Shown here one piece after another: positions 48,593-60,767 of a stretch of 64,000 nt of DNA. Location of the stretch: NCBI GenBank assembly GCA_030390025.1, contig CM059438.1, positions 62,808,001-62,872,000 of the forward strand. The letters run 5' to 3'. The translations under genes and the position numbers were made by a program. Below the pieces are notes generated by a model that did no database searches, was not told where the DNA came from, and saw only the letters and a program-made list of their open reading frames with translations. Origin of the DNA: Squalus acanthias (lineage: Eukaryota). Positions within the stretch are counted from its first letter, which is position 1. Every line of letters starts with the position of its first letter.

Positions 48593-51435
48593 GGGTTGGA
48601 AATTCGGCTCCGTAACACCTGATTTTTCGGTGCTGTGGGTGGCGATTTGTGTTGTAAATGTGTCCGGGCCACGCGCGCGTGCACTTCTGGTGCGGGCCAT
48701 GTGGACAGCATTTTGGTTAGGGCAGGTGTTGGGAGCCTGCGCCGGAAGTATGCAGAGTAGGCAGATTGTGACATCAATCGGCGTGCAACGCTGACTTGAC
48801 GCCAGCGCTGCCATTTTCATCCTCAACATCGGAGCTAACGCCCTGTCTTAACCTTGCACAGCTGAACATGTGTTCGGCAGCAGCAAGGACCCCCTTGTTT
48901 AAAGTTGGTGTGGTGACGGGGAGTGGTGCTGCAAGTGGAGAAGGCCTTGGTTACGACTTCAAGGGTTCTGGTCCGACCACTTGCTCCTAGTCAGGTGTGT
49001 TGTAGTTGCCATCCCCCTTGGCCTGCAGCATGACAGGGAGATGGAACAGAGGTAGCAAAGAGGACAAGCTGCTCACAGAGGGAGGTGGAGGAAGTGGAAG
49101 AGGAGGAGCACGAGGAAGGGAGGAGGCAACCAGCACGTCCCGTTTCCAGCCAGGCTGTTTTGACTATGGTTCCACTGAACACAACCCCCAAATCCCTGTT
49201 GTACAACAGTCACACACCTCACCATCTCTGTTCTGGACCGTCACAGCATCCTCTTGGCCACAATGCTGAAACAAAAGCGACCACAAAAGAAACATTCCAA
49301 ACCAACTTTATACATCAATCCATCCAATATTACATCACAAAGTCAACTAATCACCCTTGTGCATTCCCTTACTACCTGTCCCAGTGCTCCTGCGAAGTGC
49401 TACCCCAGTGGCTGCAGCATGGCTGGTGGAAGGCTGCTGACATTCAGTGGAGGAGACTGCAGATGGTCTTGCAGGACGACCTCGAGCAGCTCTGGGCCTA
49501 GAAGGCCAGGCTTTAGACTGCACCACCTTGGCACGGGTGGGCAGCAGTCTGGGCTGGTTGGCTGACGGGCAACAACAAAGGCACTGGTGAAGTGATAGTG
49601 GTGGGAGGATGAATGCTGTTGTCCTGAGAGAGGACAGCAGGTCTTGCTCCACGGAGCCATTGCCACTCGGGGTGGCGCCTCCGCAATCCTGGTAATCTGT
49701 TGGAGGAAAAATTGCTGGAGTGCTGTGACACCCTGCCAGCCCCTTGCCACACTGGTAAACACACCCATGATGGCAGCAGTCTGAGCTTGCGTGGCAGCAA
49801 GCTGAGCCTGCGTGAGAGCAGTCTGAGCTTCCGCTGCAGCACTCAAGACATTGGGTGGCTTCTGCTTGTGCTGCAATGGAAGCTGAGACATCGGCCATCA
49901 GACGCTGCGTGATGGTTGTGTCCACAAGTGCGCGAATGGAGTTTGCCATCATGGGCTCCAAGCTCTGCGCAAAGCCCTGTGCAAGGTTGCTGCCGGACTC
50001 CTCCATGCTCCTTGACATTGCACTCAGGCCTGCCAATGCACCAAGCATTTCATTGTCCATACCCATCAGCATTCTTCTGTAGGCCGCCCCATCGAAGTCC
50101 TCATCCGAGTCCTCTGCAGCAGAACTCGTGTGTGACCTCACCCTCCGGGGAGCTGGCACCTGTGCTACCCTTTCCCCTTGCCCTGGCTGCAGGCCACTCG
50201 TGCCCGGTGTCTCACCATGTGCAGATCCCTTCCTCTAACCTATCCTCTTAAAGTACGCGGAATGTCAGTATCTGAACTGGTGGCTGCGACTGTGAAATCG
50301 AGTGATGGTGCTGTGTCTTCATTATCTGTGCCTTGGTGCTCTCCAATTTTCTGCTCCTCCATCAGTGCCGGCCAGGTGGCAGTTCTTGGCTATCTGACAG
50401 GAAAAAGGGCACAAGGTAAGGTTGGGGAGGGGGGAGTAAGAGGTGCATGCTTACAGCACGTGCAGCTTGTAAATCAGAAGAGATTGTGGGATGTGAGAAG
50501 GAGGATTACGTGTGAGGATACCGTCATCTTGTATTGTTTAAGCCCCGCCGCTGGCCATGGGCTCAACGATGGCCCTCCCAGTAATGGCCAGCACCGTCTC
50601 CTCCGTCAGGTTAAGGTTATGCATCTGCGCCTGTCCCCCGCCTGTTAGGTCCTGCTGCACCCGGGTTGTGAGCCACCTTGTCTTGCAAGAGAGAGGGGAA
50701 GCGTGTCAGTGAGTGTGGTGTAATGTGTTTGGGCGATGTTCCTGTCACGGTTGAATTGCTGACAGTGTGTGCAAGCTGTGAGATGTGGGTGTGAGGCTTG
50801 CAACAGTGGTAAGTGTGTGAGGGTGAGGGGAAGCTATGAATGTGAAGTGAGTGTAGTGTTTGGTAGAGACTGTTGGTAAGTGAGTGATGGGGGTGTGGTG
50901 CATTGAGCAGTGTGTGAGGCTAGTTGTGCAGATGGTGGAATATGGCATTTGAAGATGAATTTACTAACCTTGATCACTCGTGTGAGGTCATTAAACTTCT
51001 TCCTGCACTGCATCCAGGTCCTCAGGGCTACACTACTGGCATTGACCATGATGGCTATCTGCTCCTGTTGCTTTTTCCAAATTTGCCTGGAGGGTGTCCT
51101 GGCCCCTTATGGAAACAGGACCACACTCTTCCTGTCCACCTCCTGCACCAAGGCCTCTAGTGCTGCATCCGAGAACCTTGGAGCACGCTTTCTCCCCTGT
51201 TCAATCAGTAGTACTTTTTCCTGCTCAGACTCTGTTCCCCATCCAGTTGAATCACCTCCTGCAGCCAGAATGCACCTCCCCTTTCAGAGGTGCAGACTGC
51301 CTTTAAGAAGTGCAGGCTAGCTTTAATTGGCGTTAGCCTTGCACAAACTTGGGCCCTCTGAGCGTGCAGCCACTCAGCAGCACGTTCAGCGCTGGGCTGT
51401 ACGCCACAATCACGTTAATCAGCAGGCAGCACTGC
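48593..51435. mobile_element. Defective PIF/Harbinger transposon (Myb gene retained, no transposase, right TIR not seen)
   Basis: Left terminus GGGTTGGAAATTCGG of the same type as the MITE TIRs; contains a Myb/SANT pseudogene. Confidence 0.7.
49347..51205 (-). pseudogene. Harbinger Myb/SANT-like DNA-binding protein; three exons (51205-50969, 50682-50522, 50393-49347)
   Basis: Exon 1 RKRAPRFSDAALEALVQEV..LFP*..IAIMVNASSVALRTWMQCRKKFNDL; exon 2 LTGGG..EETVLAI; GT donors at 50968 and 50521, CAG acceptor at 50394; stops and frameshifts. Confidence 0.8.
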
Positions 51436-53039
51436 ATTAAGTTAAGGAGCGGAAATTTTGCGATAATAATATGGAATATAAATGAGGACTAAGCATCTGT
51501 AATGGCAATGGAAAACATATGTGTGACTGTGGAGTATATATAAAATTTAATATAAGGATGATTAGGTGCAAAGGAGTATTAAACATAATTTGTATATGTA
51601 TGCGGAAGTTTTATTGTTGAGGAATAAACAAAATGCACTGGGGTAGGGTTTCCAAAGGGGTTCGCCCGATCATCCGTCGTAACTTGGTTGGAAGATCGGG
51701 TGAATCCCCGCAGAAATTCCAGACAACTGTGTTTAATCCTTGTAAATATCTGGGTGTGCGCGATTGTGACTAGGTGCTGCCAAAACGTGAGCATACTCTT
51801 GCCCCAAGAATGAAAGGTGAGTATACTCGGTATACCTGAATATAGGCTTCGCAATGCTCTGCATTAGTTCTAAGGTTGAGCCCAGCAGAACATTTCTGTA
51901 ACGGTTCCCAGCCAATGCTGACTATCGGCCTCTTTAGATAAGCCACGATCAACTGCGAGGAAGTTCACTTGTGCCTTGAACCTGTGACTCCGCACGCTCC
52001 CCCCCCCCCCCCCCCCCCCCCCCCCCAAAGGGTTCAGGTGTTTAATGGTACGTGCCTGACGGTGGCTTATAGTTGACTGAATATCACGTGACTACCAGGA
52101 TGGTAGAAGGCAAAACAGGTGAAGCCTTTGGTCTCTTTTGGCTAGCAATTCCTACGTTCCTATTTCATGCAAGCTTCCATCAAAAGAGGACAAAAAAAAT
52201 TGCAGAAGGGCATAATGCCGCAGTTAACTGTCATCCTTCGCGGCATTACCTTCACTTTACTGAGTCAGAAGCTTTTGTCGTTTGCTTTTTGTCCAATAAT
52301 TCAATCACTAAAATGAGCCCACTTCTTCAGTTGACTCAGAAATGTGGGCAGAGATCATTCATTTATTTGCCTTGAGTTTATGTAAGATAATGACACAGCA
52401 TTGTTCTGGCATTTAGAATGAAGGATAGTCAATTCCAGTCGAAAGCAAGTTGTAAACATGTCTGTCTTGGTTCATAAACAATTTAGGCAATGTATTTATC
52501 TGAGGCAGTGCTACGTGCAGTGCATCTTCCTGACAGTGAATGCAGTGCAGCAAGGACAGCTGCTAGGTTGTGTGGCGTAATAGTGGGGAAACGTTTTCAC
52601 TATCTTGTGCAAAAACTGAAAAGACCTGCTACAACCTTGTGGTACACACTGAATTCTGGTTGAAAAGCAAATTGCTGCACTCAAACAGCTATAGCAAGTT
52701 TAGATATGGATTCGAGAGAACAGAGCCATCTGGGGCATAATCTGAAATATACGTTGTATCTATGTCTCTATGTGCATATAATGGCAGTATTAATGGGATC
52801 TGGGGAATGGTCCGTGAGTTAGCAGTGCTCATAGCCAGTGCAGACTCAGGTCTTGAAATTGTGCTGTAGGATCATGGTGTAAAAGCACTAAACACGTGGA
52901 GGTGTTAATCCATTTATATTTCAATGGGTTAATGCCTCCAAATTAAAATAGTGGAGCTAGGGATATTAGACAAAGTCTCCATATGCTGTTACCCCACGGT
53001 GTTGTTTCAAGACCCAAATCTTCTTACCTGAAATAGAAT

Positions 53040-53240
53040 CTTTTGAAGAAGAGCAGGGAGGGGTTTCCTTGGCGTCCTGGCCACCATTCACCCTTCGAGC
53101 AGCGCCACCAAAACAGATTATCTGGTCGTTTATCTCGTTGCTGCTTGTGGGACCTTGCTGTGCGCAAATTGGCCGTCGCATTTGCCTACACTGCACCAGT
53201 GACTACACTTCAAAGGTACTTAATTGGCTGTGAAGATCTA
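53040..53240 (+). mobile_element. Deu-domain SINE, family A, 3' part
   Basis: Core and tail similarity. Confidence 0.75.
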
Positions 53241-53244
53241 GGAA

Positions 53245-54015
53245 CTTAGCGCCCGAGTGCGGCGAGTTTATCGGCGCTCGCGAAACTGACCAGTCATTTT
53301 GCGGCGGCGCTAAACACTACCGCCATGATCTCCTGCGCCCGCAGATCGTGACATCAGTCGAGTGTGCAACGCCCCAGTAGCGCCCCGGACCGGATATTGA
53401 GTTGCGCCCCCTGCCTTCGCGCCTGCCGCTAGGAACGACAGGTAGAGAGGAATGTTTTCAAGTCAGGAAGGGGCTGGGGGAGCGCTATTTAAAGGCGGGC
53501 GCTTCCTACCTTTTCTTGTCTGCAAAATCTTTGGTACACGCAGGTTGAGAGGGAGAGAGACGCCTGGAAAGATTTAATGCTGTCCTGAGGAGTTTTGGCC
53601 CTCAGCGCCACTTTTGAGGTTCCTAAGCGCCGAGCTCTTTCCCAGGACCTATCCATTAGTGCTTCCACACAATTGCTTTAGAGGTGTCTCCAGGCCGAGA
53701 TTCAAGGCTGCAATGAGCAGGGTGTGGCTGGCCAGCTAGATGGCCCCTCCCCTTTAAGAACTGGACGGCGCCAGTCTGTCTGACTTCCATGGTAACCTGA
53801 CATCGCCTGAGCTTCGGTAGCGTTCTGAGGTAGCTCCTCGCTCCCTGACGTTTGCGCCTTAAGAGAGGTGTGTAACGCCTGATTTAGCGCTCAAATCACC
53901 TCCAGGGGCGATAGAGGCGCATTTTGCAGTCGGAGGCGATAATTAGTGGCAGGCGCTAAACTTTGCGCCCGGCCGATATTCGCGCCCCAAAATGGGCAAA
54001 ACCCAATTTTCCCCC
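53245..54015. mobile_element. Harbinger-type MITE, left end missing; related to 12333-13135
   Basis: Right end GCGCCCCAAAATGGGC..CCCAATTTTCCCCC; GCGCC arrays. Confidence 0.7.
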
Positions 54016-54394
54016 CTTGTACTGTGGACCAGCTTCTTTACTTACTGGTTTACAGTGACCTGAATAAGTACAATTCCATTTTTATGACGTGGGATTCTCG
54101 GATTTTACCAGTGTTTTCAGTATCCCATTCTGTATTTCTATCTGTTTGTTGATTAGGACCATTATGGTGACTAACTAAATGAAATTCTAGGAATGTCTGA
54201 CATTTTTACCACTCTCTTCCGGATTGCATCCTATGATTCCATCCGTTTTCCTGTGAAAACTATACACTCGTAGTGTTACTTCCTCCAAATATGTGACAAT
54301 TGGAAAAAAGAAGGCCCTTTTCTGGTGTTAGCATAGTTTTGGCATGTGCTGATTTAACTGCTCTTGGCCAAGGTAGTGGTAGGAAAAAAGACCG

Positions 54395-54790
54395 AGCGAA
54401 CTTGCTATTTTATGGCATTTTGCACGTACTCGACATCCCAAAGTTCTTCACAGTCAGTGAATTTCCTTTGAAGTGAAGTAATTGTTGCTTTTTTTCGGCT
54501 AACTAGACCAGCTATCTGCGCAGAGCAAAGTCCCTCAAACAGCAGAGTTAGTCTGATTTTGGTCATGTTGATTGAGGGATGAATATTGGCCAGAAGAGCT
54601 CCCCTGCTCTTCAAGAAGTGCCATTGGCTCTTTTATGTCCACCTCTACAACAGGCCCTCGGTTTAATGCCTCAACCAAGAGCTGGCACCTCTGACATTGC
54701 AGCAGTCGATCAACTGCGCTGGAGTGTTAGATTTTTAAGATTGTGCTTAAATTCCTGGAGTTCAGAGTTGAGAGTTAAGGTAGGTGTGCA
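54395..54790 (-). mobile_element. Decayed Deu-domain SINE, family A
   Basis: GTTGATTGAGGGATGAATATTGGCCAG..CCCCTGCTCTTC..GTGCCAT. Confidence 0.7.
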
Positions 54791-55429
54791 ACAATTGGCC
54801 TCCATGCCCTTTTTGAACTAGGGGAGTGTGAAAATCACTTGGCTTATGAACCAAGACAGACATGTTTCAATTCCAAATTGCTATCTATTGTCTGATGACC
54901 AACTGATCTTCCTTGGGGATGGGGGAAGTAAGTGGGTTCTTTTGGGTCTAAGGGGCCCCTGAGATGACCTGCCTGGTGTTGGAAGCTTGGAATGAAGTCA
55001 GCTCTCTTTTGCAGACTCTGTAACCTGATACCTGAACCAGGCAGATGTAAAGTTCTCCAGCACACTGTTGACGATTGACCTAGCTCATTAATGAATCCAG
55101 AGGGGTAGACCTGTCACTGGAAGTCAGAATTTTCCCCACTTGGCTCCCAATGACATTGTGGACAAGATGGTCCTAGCTGGACAAGCAGCAAGAAGTAGGT
55201 CTGGTAAGTTGTGCAGATTTAGCTGGTTAACCTTCAGCGATTGTCCCCATTCACAGTTTGGGGTCCCTGAGACTTGGCTCTGCCAGCCTGCAGCTAAACT
55301 CTCTGGATTTGGATAAGTGAGATACGTTTACACAAGGAGAGTGTCCACTCCATATGTGGTAAACAAAATCTCTACAAGTTTTGTAGATTTCTCAGTAACG
55401 TGATTTGGAGACTCTTAAACATAAACATT

Positions 55430-56181
55430 GGGCCAGAAATTCGGCTCTCCGGCTTCCCGCGGGTGCAAGGATCGCGCGCGTACTTGCATACCGCGTCTGC
55501 CGTTGTGCTTCGGGCCTGCGTGGACTTCGGCTCCTGGGCCTCCTGCAGCTGCCGGCGCGCAGTGCTTGCGTATCCCAGGGGCGCAGTTAGTTCGAAGCGT
55601 CCCCTGGGATCACGTGGGCCATGGAGAGCCAATCGGAGCAGGGAATCTTCATTCATAGATTTTGACAGGAAGACCTGTCAAATCTATGAATAGAGATCGG
55701 CCCCAAAACCACACTAAAACTTCAAATAAATTTTAAAAAAATCACATTTTTAAAATAACTATAAATTACATAAATTAACTACTTTAAACAAAAATTTAAA
55801 TTTTTGAAAAAATTAATTACAGTTTTTAACGGTGCTAAAAATAAACTTACCTTTCTTTAAAGTATGTAAAAAAGATAAACCTGTTGAAAAAAATGTTTAA
55901 ATTCTACTTAATTCACCACTTACCTTGTTAAAAGCAGGCCTTGCGCCTCCTTTTTTCCTGCGCAGCTTCTCCATACTTACCCTCATGGAGAAACCTGAAA
56001 AAAAAACTAAGTTCGCTGCGTGCGCGCTGCCTCTCCGGCGCACGCGGTTGACCCTCGAACCCCTTCTTTCACGAGACCGGAAGTTCCGGTTTCCCGTGCA
56101 TGCGCAAAACCGGCACTTCCGGTGGCCCTACGGGTGAGTACACAGCGCGTACTCACCCGTGGAGACCCGAATTCCTGCCCC
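55430..56181. mobile_element. Harbinger-type MITE, 752 bp
   Basis: TIR GGGCCAGAAATTCGG / CCGAATTCCTGCCCC; flanks ATT/AAT; homologous to 24895-25622. Confidence 0.8.
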
Positions 56182-58400
56182 AATGTTTGGTTCCTGTGTG
56201 AACTAAAACAACAATAGTTATCTGTAGTGCTGTAGTGTTTGTGTGTGTGCATGTGTTAACATTGAATGACAGAGTCAGGCCTGACTGTAGGGCCTCCTGC
56301 TCTCAGATAGCTTGTCACTCTTTAGCTGTGTTTATATTATGCGTGATCTGATGTGCAGCTCTCAAACTGTTGGGTGCATCCCAAAGCTAAAATTGTCAGG
56401 ATTTGCTTAAGGTCCTTTGCTGTCTAGCTGGCCAACATGAGTCTTAGCGCAGAATAAAATCAGATCCTGTCTAGGTATGAAGAATGACCAGGCTGTTTGG
56501 ATGAAGTACAAGAGGCTGCTGACGCCTGAGGAACAAGAACCCAGCATAAATCAGGAGAGGCAAAGATAAAAAAAACAAACAAATTATATTACACAGCCCA
56601 ACGTGACACCATCATTGACTTTTGACGAGAGGTCACTGGTATTGTAATGATTGTGTTATCAATTGTCTGCTTTAATGCAAATAATTTTTGTTTTCCATAA
56701 TTGCTAAGAGTATATGTTCACCCTTCCACCTTAAACCTCCCTGTTGTGTTTGCGTCTCTCTGTTCGACTGGATCTTTTCCCAGGGCTCTGCTATGGCATT
56801 CTGCAACTGGCTGCCAGAAGCTGAACAGGGATAACTCGTATACCAACTTTCTGTACCCTTGGTAAGCAATTTATGTCCACCCAACACCATTGCCGTGTTG
56901 AGCAGAAGGTCACCATTCGGTTACCAATCCATATCCCAATGCTCAGTGAATGATACTTTGGTTATCAACTACCAGCTGTCTCCCGCTAAAGATTCTTCAG
57001 GCATTCTGAAGTTAAACGTTGCTTGCAGTTTAACAACAGGATGTTCCCATACGTGAATCTGCCTTCAAACTCTCCTTAAATGACCTGCTTCATGCGAACA
57101 GCAACAAAAGTCTTCTACAAGCCAACTGCGAACCTGAAGCCAGTTGTGGCTCCAGCTGATGATTGCCACAGATCGAGGACTCAACTGATGCTGATCGAGG
57201 AAGCTCTGTGTTTCTGTCAGGCAGACTGCAGCTGATCCTCCAGAATTCTTCACAAGTCACACCAGAAGCAAGAAGTGCCTGTAATTGGTGTCTGAGTAGT
57301 CTTGAGGAGCACTAGTGAGATTTTGGACTCCCATCCTTACAGAAAATCTAGTTAAGCAACTGACGGGAAAATCTCACTGTTGTACGCAATGGCTACTTGG
57401 AGCCTAAGCTGGCAGGGAATTTACTTGGCTCCTGCTTCTTGCCAAAAGTGCGGGATTTGTAATACATTTTCATTTCCTTAAGATCGCTTTCTTCCTTAAA
57501 ACAGTTTGATTTTTGTCAGTGCCGGAGTGCAGTGACTCAAAGAAAAGTGTTTCATGGCGTCCGACTTGTCCACTGCACGCTGATTTATGGTGTCTGCAGC
57601 ACATCATTCGCACTTAGCCCCATAAATATTACGTGAGGGCAGAGAAGCATAACCTGGCTTTAAGTCTTTGGCACTCGGTTATACATTTGTTCCAGATTTT
57701 GTGCTTTGTGGAGGCGGGTGGGGGGGCGGGGAAGAGCAGGGAGAAGAGCATAAGGCAGCTGTGTCCATCTTCATTGGAAATCAAAAACTGACTACGACAA
57801 AATGTGTCCAGTAATGGCTCCGTCCAGTTGATGGAAACGTTCACCAGAGAGCTTTTGCTGTGAGGGAGGAACCACTTGGTTCTGTAATCAGACATTGATT
57901 GAAACCTTTTTTTAAGTTCAACAGGCCATTTTGTACCAGACCTCATATTAATTCTTCAAGCCTCCCCTGCCATGAGGCATGGGAACATTTTAAATGACGA
58001 GTTAAATGAAGCCATTTACTACTACACATCTCTTGGGTGCACTGAATAAATTGTGCGAGCTGCTGAAGCGGAAGAATTGCGCCAGTGGAAGAACGCCGGA
58101 GTCATTTATTCTTTTAAATGATGAGCATTTGGACGAGGTTTTGAACTGATGCAAACTTTGGCGACTGCTTCGACTTCAATGCAGTTAGGGCAGCTTTTGT
58201 TGAGGCCTCTCTGGAGAGTCTCTCTATCTCTGACTGCACTTGTCCAACAGCACCCAATGTATCATTCCTAAATAGTCCCATCAGCTGTAGTGAGCGAGTG
58301 AGTCCCATTTTTAAACTTAATAGAAAATGGGAAATGTAATAATACGTCTTCCTCACTGGCCTGACGGTACTCGGGCTATGTCTGGGTGATGTCGTAAAGT

Positions 58401-58630
58401 TAGGGTTGCCAACTCTGGTTGGACATATTCTCGGAGGTTGGATCACGTGACCTCCCTCATCGAACTGCCCCGCACCCAACTCCTGCCATTGGTTGCCCAA
58501 CACTTTGCACAGTCTTCCCATGCCAACTGGAAAGCGAACACACTCTTCATTACCTGATTGGATGATTTTTCGCTGTCAGTCAAACAGCCTTTTTTCTCTC
58601 ATCTCCAATATTTTTATAACACTTTTTTTT
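58401..58630 (+). mobile_element. hAT-like terminal fragment
   Basis: Starts TAGGGTTGCCAACT, a hAT-type terminus; no partner end found. Confidence 0.4.
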
Positions 58631-58654
58631 AATGCCTCTGTGGTTGAGGTTTTT

Positions 58655-58737
58655 TCATTCACAGGATGTGGTTGTCACGGGCAAGGCCAGCATTTATTGC
58701 CCATCCCTAGTTGCCCTTGAGAAGGTGGTGGTGAGCC
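58655..58737 (-). mobile_element. LINE B / SINE B tail
   Basis: Matches 11426-11510. Confidence 0.8.
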
Positions 58738-58879
58738 CTCCTACTTCATGTAACGGCTGCCGGCGGCCAACGTTCCTCTGCTATTTTCCTCCCCTCATCG
58801 TCCCTCCTGAGACTACGAATGCTGCGATTAACTGATTGATTGTTTTCGGGCACTAAAGAATGAATAGTGAAGCGTCTCT

Positions 58880-59235
58880 ACCTGATACTTCAGCACCACC
58901 TCCCACCCTTTCTCTCTAACCTCCTCCGACCCTCCGAGAATTCTGTGTTCCTCCAATTGTGGCCTCTTGTGCATCCCCGATTTCCTTCGCCCCACCATTG
59001 GCGGCTGTGCCTTCAGCTATCTAGATCCCCTCCCCAAGCCTCTCCGCCTTCTCTACCTCTCTCTTCTCCTTTAAGGCGCTCCTTAAAACCGACCTCTTTG
59101 ACCAAGCTTTTCACCACCTTTCCTTTCATCATCTTATATGGCTCAATGTCAAATTTTGTTTGATAACGCTCCTGTGAAGCACCTTGGAACATTTTCCTCC
59201 GTTAAAAGCACCATATAAATGCAAGTTGTTGTTGT
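58880..59235 (+). mobile_element. L2-like LINE 3' end
   Basis: Ends ATATAAATGCAAGTTGTTGTTG. Confidence 0.75.
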
Positions 59236-59584
59236 ATTTGTCCTCTCCGTAATAACATGGCTGAGATTAATACAACGTTGGGATCCCACCTAGTCCATGG
59301 TATCTTGCATCGGAGCTTCACAGTGTTGCTGTTCCATTGCAAACTTTTGTGGAACGTACATTGATTTGAAGTTCCAGTCATGTGATTTATATTTCAAGAA
59401 AAGGCATAGAAATATCCAAATTATGTCTGAAAATTATGTACGAGTCTCTGGAGCCTTTTTACATGGATGTTCTTCCATATAAAGGGTGCTTTACAGATGT
59501 TCATGTTTTTCGCGCAATTACACCTCTCTGGAATTGTGAGCACAGGTGAATCACAGGCAGCTGACTTACTAAGTCGACCCCGCC

Positions 59585-59680
59585 TGTGTGTGTGTGTGTG
59601 TGTGTGTGCGCTCCGAAAGCTCGTGATTTCAAATAAAACTGTTGGACTATAACCTGGTGTTGTGCGACTTCTCATTTTTG
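59585..59680 (+). repeat. (TG)12 microsatellite joined to a probable Penelope-type tail of a second family
   Basis: TG run followed by CGCTCCGAAAGCTCGTGATTTCAAATAAAACTGTTGGACTATAACCTGGTG. Confidence 0.5.
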
Positions 59681-60507
59681 TTTTTTTTAAACTACCATTG
59701 TCTTAAAGAGATCGGTTCTGCGCAGCATGAAGATTGCTGGAGGCTGTTTTGTGATATTTACTGACCCAGGTCCAGCAGCAGGAGGTAGAGAATTGCACTG
59801 GCGAGCTAATAGCTGAGTAGCACAATGTACAAACGCTTTCGATTCGACCTAATTGCAGCTTAAAAAGCCCCTTTTTGTTAATTTAAAAAAAATTGTGTAG
59901 GAGGCTATGTGATTGATGCAGGATCTTGGCTGTGGCTTGTAAGACAAATGGAACATTAAGCTTTCCATTTGAAGTCTTGAATGGCATTTTGCACCCTAGC
60001 ATATTTAATTTTTGGGGGTGGGAGATGAGGAAAGAAGCAAAAAAAAAAATCAGACCGGGAGTCTGCACCTTACATTTTAAACTGGATAAAACTTTGGTGA
60101 CAAACTCCTCTAATTCTGTTTTGTAATGCATATTATTGGAGATTGACAATGTCATTTTAATATTGTACAATGGAGCAGTGACTTCCAAACTATTGTGCGT
60201 GGGGAACCCAGTCTCCTAATAACAAGATTTTTGATTCACGCCGACTGTGAAGGTTTTCTGTCAAGATCAGATGCAGCAGACAGTTTACTGGGATGGTAAA
60301 ATGCTACGTGTTGCTATTAGACTTTTAACCTTTGCCGACTTGGTTTATGTTTGTGAGTGACACACCTGTGTGTGTTGGATGTAAATATATGTACACACAC
60401 AAACCACGTCTCTCCTTTTTAGAGGGCATGTTACCTTTTCATTTCTTGTTTATCTGCCATGCACCTTTGAAGCTGACTGCTGGGAGATAGGTGAAAGTGA
60501 TGAGAGT

Positions 60508-60767
60508 CCTCTCTCTTTTCCCCCCCCCCCCCCCCCATTTTTCTTCTTTTCTCCCCCTCCCTCGCCGTTCTTACCCCTCTTTTTTCCACCCTCCCTTTCC
60601 ATCTCCTCCTTCCTCCCGCCCCATTTCTTCTCCCTCTTCCTTCCCCTGTCATCTCTGCGTCCTCTCATCCCTCCTCCGTATCGTCGCTCCCCCCCCCCTC
60701 CATCTCCATTTCTATCTCATTACCCCCCCTCTTTCTCCTCCGTTCCCCTCCCCTTTTCATCCTTCCC
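60508..60767. repeat. Polypyrimidine/polypurine low-complexity tract
   Basis: About 260 bp, almost entirely C/T on the plus strand. Confidence 0.9.

Noticed and set aside
49347..50159. Stand-alone 270-aa host gene
   Set aside because: It is the frameshifted last exon of the Harbinger Myb-like pseudogene
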